Shown: in pieces, positions 53,429 through 64,000 of the stretch | Layout: each line of letters starts with the position of its first letter | Numbering within the stretch: the first letter of the stretch is position 1 | DNA from: Glycera tridactyla | Taxonomy: Eukaryota | DNA: 64,000 nucleotides | Direction of reading: 5' to 3' | NCBI GenBank assembly: GCA_965644265.1 | Contig: OZ286459.1 | Span: forward strand, 106,826,001-106,890,000 | The notes under the pieces: model-generated | Databases searched by the model: none | What the model was told of the DNA's origin: nothing | The model's input: only the letters and a program-made list of their open reading frames with translations | Translations under genes and position numbers: made by a program

Positions 53429-56316
53429 TTACAACCATAGTACTGGAAGCATAGAAAGTAAACAACAATTTGATGGTGTCCTCGAGTTATCAGCAAATAA
53501 CCCTAGATGACCTCAGAGGCTTGAAACAGATATCAGTCGTATTTAGACACTTGGCTTCGTGTCAGTAACCATGGAATGTAGGATAGTTATCTGAGCTAGC
53601 CATAGAGGCCTTTATGAGGGCTTTAGCAATTGAGACATTCATGAGTACTATCGGTGCTCCGTTCTGCTGAATAACTGACTATGGCTTGTAAGTCAGTTAG
53701 CCATCCCATTCGTCCGTCCTTTCGCCCCTCCGATCGTTGGTCTGTCCGTCAGTCAGCCAGTCTGTCATTCGATACGTCAGTAAATTGCTTCCTTAGTTAG
53801 TCAGTCAATCATTCAGTCTGTCAGTCAGTCAGTGTAGGGGGAAGGCATCCCCAATTTTCTTTGTCCAATATCAGAATTATATTGGTCGATAATTTTCTTG
53901 TCTTACATCAGTGTTGTGTGAATCACTGTTATTTTTGGTCTGTCATTTCTGTTATGCAAAGAAAGAGCTTCTTGGGTTTCTTGACTACCATCTATATTAG
54001 ATGGGCGGAATTAATCCCTGATTTCATGTCTACCATCCGTCTCAAGTGATTAACATCCCACAGTGATGGCGCCAATGTTTATCCTGTAGGAGTGATCAGA
54101 AGGATGATCCGTAGCATTCAATTCCGCACAGCCTTTCTAAATCCATTCTAACTCCGGGTGCGAGCCGGTAGGTGGTGCTGACGATTATCCAATCCGTTGT
54201 AGACCTGCAGTGTAGATTAGGACCAATCCTTGAGGATCATTTCACCAAGGTGTAAGTTGCATTCGAAATGGTGCGTATGCTCCCAAATATCACGTTTTTT
54301 GCATGGATTCCGTGAAACTGAGATCACTTACACCATCTTGAGTACATTCACCAGTTGGTGAAACGGGTCCCCCAACCACGCTGATTCAGACCTATGTAAT
54401 ATCTCTTGTGCGTGCGGCTCTGCGAGATCTTTCCATCTGAATAGTGTCTCTCGGTAATTGAACAGTAAAACGGCATCCTTTCATTCCTGAGCAATTAACA
54501 ATCCTCGGGTACCATTCAGTCCATTGTGTGGCAGTTTATGTTTTGCATGAAATTTTTACGCTTTGCTTGAGAAGGAAGCATTGCCATCAGGCTTGAGTAT
54601 CAGCTTCCAGCCAGATATGTACTTAGATATCTCACTATTAGGTTTAATATGTTTTTTTTTGAAAAGGTAGAGGTGTGTCTGAACTGTCAGCTACTTCCAC
54701 TCGACGACATTTTGGGTTCCCCATCATCTCGTGTTCAGTTTATGTGTAAGTGATGCCTGCAGGGGACAGAGCATCTGGCTTATATCACAGGAACACACGG
54801 CATACATAACTCACTCGGTTGATACATGCCGTTAAACCATGAACAATACAAGGAATCGCACGATGAAATTCGATGCAATACGATACAAGACAATCGAAAT
54901 TCTTTTATATCCCAATGCTTCACATCGAATAACTACATCTGAATGTTTTACCGTGTATACAAAGACTACACACGGGGGCTTGATGAATAACCTCAGACGG
55001 ACAGACAAACACACAAACTGTGAAATGTACGCTATTATGACGCCAGTAAAACATCACGGTGACGTCTAACAGGTGTAGAGTGATCATAGGGGTGATGAAA
55101 AAAACAATTGGTAAATGGACGGCAAGGGTGAGGGAGGGTAGTACATAGAGCAAGTCAGGGTGGAAGATGTCACCCTAGGTCATACCATCCGGTGGGAGTG
55201 CGTGCAGAAGCTGGTTTGTGATACTCTGGGTCAATCCAGGTGATCGAAAATAAGATGGCAATAGCAGATATTATAGCAAGGTGTATTCGGGACATGTATG
55301 TAGAGGAGGCATCAGGAATCAGCAACTCGTCACAATCTGCACACTAAGTAAATTAGCAAGGGCGATTTACTGGCACTAAGCCTAGCACGGATCTGCCCTG
55401 ACTACCTCCTGAATATTGATCAACCCTGCCCTGCCCTCAGAGGAGACATCTGAAACCGCACTTCATGGCTCGCCTTTTACAACCAGAAATTACCACTGAT
55501 CCAGCATGGAGTAATTCGTCAATGATGAAAATAGAAATGATAATGAAGATAATGATGATATAACAATCATAATGATGAAGATTATGATGATGGGAATCGG
55601 GTAGTCTGAGCATGTTCCCCTCAACCCATTGAAGTATATTGGGCTGACATTGGTCAAGAAAGCACCGAGCATGGAGTTGCGAAACGATACAAAGCAAGGC
55701 AAACCGTTACGAAATCGTGCAATATTGTACAATATAATACATCACTCGACCAAAAAAAATTTCTTTCATGTAGTAATTTCATTGCGCAACTTGAGTATTA
55801 GAAGGGGATATCATCAATCTTTTAATTAGCTTTGCGATGTCATCGTTGCTATGGCAGAGAGAAAAATATGGCTGAGCGTTGCAATTGAAGACGGGCGAGA
55901 GTGGTCCAGAACTCATCAGAACTGTTTCCTGGTGGCTGGTAACGTGATGCGTATTGATGCATATCATTTATTCTGATCTCTTGTTTGTTTGGCGAAATGC
56001 AGTAAAATGAAGTAAATGCAGGAAAATGGGTGAGATGCGGTGAAAATGACAACCCTTCGCTCATGGTGGCATTGCCTCGTTATATTATCTGAGACTGAGT
56101 AGTGGATGTCTCATATCAAGTTTAAACCGTCAGTCTCATTCATAACGTTTTTCCCTTCGTGCCTCATGGCCATCAGTGTGTAGGCATATACAAAAATTGA
56201 GGTCATTTCATTTAGGTTTAATCTCTTAGAAACACCTCCATTCTACTAGAATTAATTTTCTCAATTTCTTGCTATAATTGGACTAGCCAAACAAAAATTG
56301 AACGTTGATATGTGGT

Positions 56317-56569
56317 CAGTCGAACCTGCTCGGAGAACCACGTGCCTACAAAGGCCTCCATGGACCATGTGTGGGATAGTATTGCCAGTGTACACCGTCT
56401 CTAGCTTTCATAAGAGGAGAAACCTTCAAGAGATATAACGAGAGCACACGCCATACATTATCCCTTGGCTGATACATTTCGTTGAAGTCCAACTTGACCA
56501 AAACCAAATCAGCTGTCTACTAAAACCAATATTCGATGTGACCACGTGTTGCCTCGACAGGTTTGATTC
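56317..56569. mobile_element. pogo/Tigger-type MITE; a further left end starts at ~56576
   Basis: Left end CAGTCGAACCTG...ACCACGTG and right end ACCACGTG...CAGGTTTGATTC|TA. The adjacent TA|CACTGGAACCTG...GGTCACCTGCCTA is a related left end. Confidence 0.55.
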
Positions 56570-57516
56570 TACATACACTGGAACCTGAAAGGCCATCTAT
56601 ATACAAAGGTCACCTGCCTACCAGAGCCATCCTGAGCTGTGATCACGATAGTATATTCTGCAATGAATAACCTCTGTATAAGGACCACTCAAGGTTGAGT
56701 TCGCTGATGTACGTCATTGCTAGGATGAATGGTGTGAAATAATAAGGATATAAATGGCACCTTCCATGCGTATTCCGCCAGTAGCACACGAGGGATGAAT
56801 AATTAATTCGATCGCAGCATTGTGCCAAGCAGGGAACAATACGGTGTTATATAACCCGCCATCTATCAGCCGCAAGCCCCTTTCCATCAGCCTAGTCACC
56901 CCCTGAAGGGCACTGCCACCACTTAGCACCAACACTTGGTAAATATTAGGACAAGCACACCTCATATAGGTGAATAATAGAGATATATGTAGGTATCGTG
57001 CCTCTGCTAGACATGTTGCTGTTTGCCTACATAAACGATTTCGTGTGCGTTCGCTTTGCCCCCCCCCCCCCCCCCGCAGGACACAGAGAGCACGTAGCAT
57101 TGCTGGCACAGTGTGCACAAATTCACATACAATCCCAAACACGCGTGTACACACATGCACACACATACAAACACAACAAATTTGCGATATTAATTCTCGG
57201 ATGGGTAACATATTCTGAGAAACTTCTTGCACTCTATGGAAAGCGCACAATTGTCCTCAATTGCTCCCGCTGACGCTGTATTCACATGTGTCTGTTAATG
57301 GCGGTGGTGGTGGTGGTGGTGGTGGTGTTTTTGTTTGTAAAGTCTTGATGATGAAAGAATATCAAATGCCTACATTTCATGGAACTTAACTCAGCTAATT
57401 ACAATATCACAGATTAGACACAAGTGGGCACAACGTAGCTACCACTTCGACAGCCGGGCTAAACCAGCCATAGTTGAGGGACTAGAATGTATGGTACATG
57501 CGATATCCAGATAGGA

Positions 57517-57780
57517 GTGTCTTACACTTGTGATGCCAATGCACCGGAGCAGAGTCAAGTGAAACCTGACAAAACGTCACCCAGATCTATCGCCGCCGCC
57601 GCCGCCGCCGCCACTGCCACTGTTACCTAAGCTGCTGCTGCTGCCCGCGCTGGTGGTGCTGAGACTCATGGTGACTGTGGTGGTAGTAGTGGGGGTAGTG
57701 TGTCATGTGTCATGTGTCAGATGTGTCATACGCTAGTGATGCCAATGCACCGGAGCAGGGTCATCTGAAACCTGACCAAA
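57517..57780. repeat. 58-bp direct repeat (period 206) embedded in GCC/GCT/GGT triplet tracts
   Basis: GTGATGCCAATGCACCGGAGCAG(A/G)GTCA..TGAAACCTGAC within 57517-57574 and 57723-57780. Confidence 0.8.
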
Positions 57781-59911
57781 ATTTCTGTAACTTCTCCCAT
57801 ACCTACCAGAAGTAACATACATGAAACTTCAGCCAGATTTTCCACCGCTGCCGCTGCCGCTGCTGCTGCCCATACTGGAGGTGCTTAATCTGGTGGCAGT
57901 GCTCTGGCGATGTTTGTGGTGATGATGCTTAGTGGTGGTGGTGGTAGTGCTGGTAATGGGGGCTGCTGCTGCTTGTGCTGGTGCCGCTGCCGCTGCCGCT
58001 GCCGCTGCTGATGCTGATGCTGATGCTGGTTATCTATTCCCATCCCTTCCCAACATCTTCCCATCCACAGAACTATACTTTACTTCAACTCAAATTTAAC
58101 TTTCATATACAAAACATGCAGGAAGCGTGGATCATGAACCGGAGGAATCTTCCTCATTTGCGCAAATCAGCAGGGCACTTCCAGGCAAGGAAATGAATCA
58201 GTCAGTAAAAACAGATGAGGGCGAGTTGCCTGGTAGATGTTGACAGAGATCGGATTTCTGCCAACCAAGCCTTAACCGGATTAGAAGCACTTCATTCGGA
58301 TCTCGCCAAGTCGAGAAAAACGTCAAGAAGTCAATAAAAATCCCGGCCATTCCTGTCGTCGGCCGATCGTCACGTAGTGAAAATAAGCGCAAAATCCCCA
58401 CTGGCATTTTCTTCAGAATCCGAGTGGAAGTCTATCAAATCGATGTTGAAATCCTCACACTCCAATCATCTACCTCGATGGCAGCTTTTTCTTTCATTCC
58501 ATTCTTCATCGCGTCTTCTATCGTCGTTTATTACTTGAAACTTTTCAAATATTTTCCGAATGTTGATTATCATCTTATTCATTTGAATCATCTCTTTCAC
58601 AGCACACATGAAAAGAAGAAATGATATTTAGGCGATGGTATCCAGAATCTCGAGATATGGTTTTTTTCGGGGAATATATCCATTTGTATAGTGATTGAAA
58701 ATCCCCGGTAACACATACCAGAATGACAATATAATGTGTTTCCCCTAGTGAACCGTACGTACATTTTAGTAGTGTTCCTGATGGTAACACAGATATGGGA
58801 GTCCTGTGTCGCCCTATATGTCATGGATACCCCTTGAATACCGTGGATAATGAAAACAAGTTCATGCTCTCATGGTGAAGTTGGTCAGAACCTATACAGT
58901 GATATTGAAAAGAGCCCCACCCCTTTGTCATCATGTGCTCAGGGTTTCTGAGAATGATGCCTACACTGGTCATTTCACTCTGTCATTAGGTGTTCAGAGT
59001 TTGTGAGAGTGAGGCTTGTACTGTATATTATCCAGTACGCTTTGCTGGATCGCAGATACCGGGTTTACATAATCCATGGTCGGTATATAGCATTGAGCTC
59101 AATCCCATCGATGGATCAATCAATCAATCAATTTCTCAGTATTCCAGACTCTTTTGCTCACTCCCTTCAAGAGGTTGTTCTTTTATTGATTGCATACAAT
59201 AAAGTGTCGCTCATGGTGTCATCAATGATTCCATTACGTCGATGACGCATTTCTGAAATGAAAGTGACTTAGATCAGGCCAAATGCTTGCAATATTGTGA
59301 ATCTAAATCAGGGAAAGAGTGAACGGTATGTAATATACTTGTGCCTGTGAGAGTGTATGCAGGGCAGCACAATCCGGGAATATGTTCAGTCCGACTCATT
59401 TATTCCCCACGTGCCGAGCAACACTATTACCCAGCACATTAGGCCGGAATTAATTGCTTCCCATCCTGAGCTGTCTTAACACCACGCCTGCTGGTAAACA
59501 AAGTCAGGATTATCGCAAGTTATGAGCCAAGTTTTGTCAGATTCTAAGTGATAATGGAGAACCTCACAAATGAATGTTTAACGTGCATCCACCCTACATC
59601 CATTCAGAACGATTTCTCAGCTATCCATTTGGGATTAATGTAGCGCTGCATAAAGTATAGATACTGGGCTAATCGCCAGCATTGCCACTTATTTTACATG
59701 TTGTCGATCACAAAGATCCAACCAACATTGAAGTGGTCTTGGGTGGATCTATCCATATGCAGGTTAAGAGATCATATCATGTATATGCCTTGTGTTTCTC
59801 ACCCATGACATCTAGATATTTTGTCCACTGTGGGCATCACTCTTCCAAAGCCTGAAGACAAAATTTCAAAAGATTGAAAGGCTTCGCTGGGAGAAATAGA
59901 TGCGAATATTT

Positions 59912-60150
59912 TCGATCAGAGTTTGTATTGACGTGTTGAAATGAATGAATTTCAGTTAGATGTTGTTTCAACTTGTTATAATGATCAAATTCAAGTTAGA
60001 GTCTGTATCAGCGCATTGAATAGGATAAATTTTAGTCAGAGTTTGTATCAACGTATTGAAATAGATTAATTTCATTAGGATTTGTCTCAGCGTGTTGAAA
60101 TGAATAGCTTACCAAAATAATTGAATTCCAGTCACAGTTTGTAACAGTGT
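59912..60150. repeat. Degenerate ~40-bp tandem repeat, ~6 copies
   Basis: Recurring TCAGAGTTTGTAT...GTTGAAAT...AATT motif. Confidence 0.6.
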
Positions 60151-60452
60151 GGTGAAGCAGGCCGGGTGAGATAAGGAGATAATTTATGCATAAAACACGA
60201 GGAGACTTTTTTCAAACTTAGGCATCCCTTTCAACCCCATCAATTCGCTTGAAATTGAAATCCAGAATGAGATGGAGGGCATCTTGTGCGAGTGAATGAT
60301 GTGGTTTTATGTAATGTTGACTCAGGGTGTTTGCATTCCAAATTGTGTTGATGCTTCAGCGCATGGCTAGATAAGCCCCTCTTCCATAAGCACTAGAGAG
60401 ATGAGCTAATAATATCACTAGCCTCTTATTCTAATTACAAAAGGAGTGCCGG

Positions 60453-60484
<32 letters not shown>

Positions 60485-60543
60485 CGCGCTGCTCTGATGT
60501 GAGGTGCTCTGCTGTGCCAAAGGATGGACGTGGTCATTTCTAG

Positions 60544-61550
60544 CAGATATAGCAACAACGTCAATTGCATTCTCAGATATAGCAATGACGTCCATTGCAT
60601 TCTCAGATATAGCAACGACGTCCATTGTATTCTCGGATATAGCAACGACGTCCATTGCATTCTCAGATATAGCAACGACGTCCATTGCATTCTCAGATAT
60701 AGCAATGATGTCAATTGCATTCTCAGATATAGCAACGACGTTCATTGCATTCTCAGATATAGCAAGGGCATCAACTGATGCGATATTTACAGCACGAACT
60801 CAAGCATCAGTTGTATTCACAGATATCGTGAAGACATCTACTGTATTCATAGATATAGCAAAAGCGTCAAGTGTATTCAAATATATAGCAAGAGTAATTC
60901 TATTCATAGCAACGACAAGAATTGTATCCACAGATATATGCAACGTCTTCAATTGTATTCCCATATAAAACAATGACATTGATTGTATGGAATGATATAG
61001 AAACTATATCAATTTTATCCACTGACATAGCAACGACGTAAATTGAATCCACAGAAATAGCAACTTTGCCAGTTATATGCACAGATGCTATATCCATAGC
61101 CTGGACTTGGCCACTGATTTTTTCCGGCAATGACCACAGTGTGGCCTCACCCACTAAATATGTCTGACGATATAGCAATGGCGTCAATTTTATTCCCAGA
61201 TGCTATACCACTGATGATTTCTGGCAGATGTAGCAATCACGTCGGTTGCATTCCCAGATGCTATACCACTGATGATTTCTGGCAGATATAGCAATCACGT
61301 CGGTTGCATTCCCAGATGCTATGCCACTGATATTTTTCCCAGCAGATATAGCAACGAATTCATTTTTATTTCCAGATGCTATAGCACCGAATATTTCTGG
61401 CAGATATAGCAATGTCGTCAATTGTATGCCCAGATGCTATACCACTGTTTCTTTTCCTGGAAGATGCAGCAGCGAATTCAATTGTATTCATAGATACAAT
61501 AACCACAGCACGGCCTTGGCCACTGATTATTACCTGCTGATATAGCTACC
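60544..61550. repeat. 30-bp minisatellite (8 near-perfect units, 60544-60783) grading into degenerate copies and a 58-bp dimeric higher-order repeat
   Basis: Unit CAGATATAGCAACGACGTCCATTGCATTCT. The 58-bp units start at 61195, 61253 and 61311. Confidence 0.95.
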
Positions 61551-61803
61551 ACGCCAATCATACACACAGGTGGAATATACAGACCATTATCATATGACAA
61601 CGGGTGTCATGTAAGAGGATCCATCAACGACACTGATCATGCAATGGTGGTGATATCAGTGAATTTGATAACATGCGCATGTTTATGCTGGTACTGTCTG
61701 GTGTTTGTGCCATCTCCACCAGTACCATCACCATCAACACCCACACCAACACAAACACCAATACCACCGACATCAGCAGCAACAACAGCATCATCATTAT
61801 CAT

Positions 61804-61841
<38 letters not shown>

Positions 61842-64000
61842 ACAACAACAACAACAATAATGACATTGATGACTGTAAGATTGATAACAACAGCTTACCA
61901 ATATTCGTTCAATTTGTTTCATGAAAATTTCGAGAAGTTTCTGTCGAGATTCATATCCCAACGAATTGAATTCACAGTTGACCTCATCAGCAGAGGTACT
62001 ACCACTAATATCAGCACAACCATTATCAACGACGACGACAACAACATCACCTACACAGTCAAACCTGATGCCATTAGATCAAATGCACGCCGCAGGTGGA
62101 TTAAATTGAGAACACATACTTTCATATAGCGCATGCATGAGAAAGGTTTTTGTCAGAAGAACCAACTGACGCTCAACTTCCCCTCACGATGCCCTCTTCT
62201 TACCCTAGTAAGATTTAAGTAGTTGGAGTTGAGAGGGGGGGGGGGGGGTAGTGAGCAAGCTTCGTCATCTAGCAGGGAGCAGGATCCTGATTGATCTGAT
62301 GTGTGAGCAGTTAGATAAGAGCGCAAGCTTCTGCGTGCTCGTGCGCGAAATCTAATGCTGATATTTGATTTGCTTAATGGGCTGAAGGTAAGCCCGGATT
62401 GAGTATCCCCCTTAATCGGCCCCTAGATCATCTCATGGAAATTGCTCAGGTCTGATTGACAGTTACTTGAATAACGAAGTGCCTCATCGAACTAGTCAGC
62501 CCATGCTATTTTGGCCCGCAACCAACTTGTATCCCAAGCGCCGGCATCTCTATAAACGTGAGCATATCTATAGATTCGCACCCCCCCCCCCCTTCCCACA
62601 CCTCCCGGTGAGCAAATCTCGTGCTAGGCCTTTGATACTTCCGATCCATATATTATATCAAGAAATATGAATGGTTGTTCACATCCAGAAAGATCGTTTT
62701 CGATGGAAAATGTCTTCTTTTATGCATCGGGATAAGGCTAACCTTACTGCCAAAGAACAATATCATCAATTAGTTTTTCCACCAGCATAATCGACGATCT
62801 CCGGTGGCGCATAATAGGTGAGCGTGATCAAACGTCTCACGGGTTAAGTCAATATGAGTCACAGAGAAGGAATGACTTTATCCCAATTAGAATTTTCCGG
62901 AGTCCTCCCTTGATTATCGTTACTCACATAGGAGATGGTTTTCATAATTCTGCACGAATTTGGAAAGGGCATCCAAAGTTCACATCGCTGCATTCAGAGT
63001 GAGTCATTCGGACTTGATTCTTCCTCAAATAGGAAACATCTCATGAGCAGTCTTTCTAACTTGAGACATGATTTATATTCTATTCCAAATGTGAGAAGGT
63101 CAAAAGCTTAAACAGGTACAGTCAATTGGACTCGTCACAGAGCCAAAACTGTTTCAACTTTTTCAATCAGGATTTCCAGGAAACATTTCATTGGTCTCAG
63201 TGCTATCTGAAAGAGTTTATCTTTCATGGCATTCGCACGGACTTGGGAAGAACGGCCGAAGGGCACACAGTGAAATCAATATGAGTTACTGGGACTTGTG
63301 ACGGAGCGCCAAGAGGCCATTACATTTCCTCATATTGACCTAGACATAGACTGTGATGAATGCAGTCCAGTTCCGGAGAACATCGTGGGTGGGCTCCGAG
63401 GTCGTGTGAATGTCATTGTGTAGAAGCCTTCGCTCCCCGACACGCCTGACTGACTCCCATCCGCTCCCCGCCTGTAATCAATGACGAATTGTGCTATTTT
63501 CGGCGTACGTGATCAACATGCGCAGCGCGGGATTTGAACAAAATCGCCAACATCAACAAAAGATCGTTCGCGACTTATTTTTCACTCCGACTCGGTAACA
63601 ATGCTAGCAGCTGTGTCACAAATTGTAGATTCGTGAGGAATTACACGCTTTTCGAGTTCAATGCCCTCCGGACGGAGAGTCTTAGTTTTGTAAAACACCA
63701 GAAGCGGTCGTTTTATCCCTTTGATATAGTTGCTGATCCCTTTTCTAAACACCATTGATAATTGATTGGGTGAACCATAACTTCCGGGTGATTATTCACG
63801 TGACCTCCGCTCTGTTGTTAGGTATTTGTATACGTCCATTAAGTATTCATTTTATTCCCTCTATTAGCTTGCTTCGCTATGTCAACATATGGAACCTCGT
63901 TCTTGACCCATGCAGCGTGGATACAATCGAATCTCGGCCATTGAAAAAACCCTTTCACGAATGGGTTTGTATATGCATCTACCAGAGAAATTGGACCTCT

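Noticed and set aside
58190-58700. Minus-strand peptide fragments (EDFNIDLI...LLDVFL; SPSSVFTD)
   Set aside because: Readable either as an APE-endonuclease remnant or as a piggyBac-like acidic N-terminus, with multiple stops. Too ambiguous to call by eye.
60544-60783. Regularly spaced 30-bp repeats superficially like a CRISPR array
   Set aside because: Head-to-tail units with no unique spacers, no cas genes, and a eukaryotic context.
60504-60968. 154-aa ORF with FSDIATTSIA repeats
   Set aside because: Produced by the 30-bp minisatellite. Several frames on both strands are open and the related 58-bp units break frame.

Overview
Animal nuclear genomic DNA (probably an invertebrate bilaterian; inferred from the TE content, microsatellite load and GT-AG splice signals) from a short-read scaffold with 15 N-gaps, most abutting simple repeats. 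The window is almost entirely non-coding (long-intron or intergenic), and nearly all ORFs in the track are artefacts of microsatellites, tandem repeats or N-runs. The one clear coding object is a ~4 kb, 5'-truncated CR1/L2-group LINE on the + strand (49428-53427). It has an SGNH-esterase ORF1 remnant, an APE endonuclease + reverse transcriptase ORF2 broken by two frameshifts, and a 3' stem-loop, AATAAA and (ATT)12 tail. Also present: several pogo/Tigger-type MITE copies, a SINE remnant, a second element sharing the LINE's terminal ~42 nt, and minisatellite arrays with homogeneous cores and decayed flanks. Most interesting: two + strand sites, 41 kb apart, where a strong 3' splice site is fused directly to a consensus 5' splice site (TAG|GTAAGT at 7257/7258, CAG|GTGAGT at 48580/48581). 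Each has a second donor 43-56 nt downstream, the architecture of recursive-splicing or dual-specificity sites. There is also a heavily decayed actin-family reading frame at ~29.7-30.2 kb. No host gene could be named, and no tRNA, rRNA or CRISPR array was found. All comparisons were made by eye; no database searches were run.
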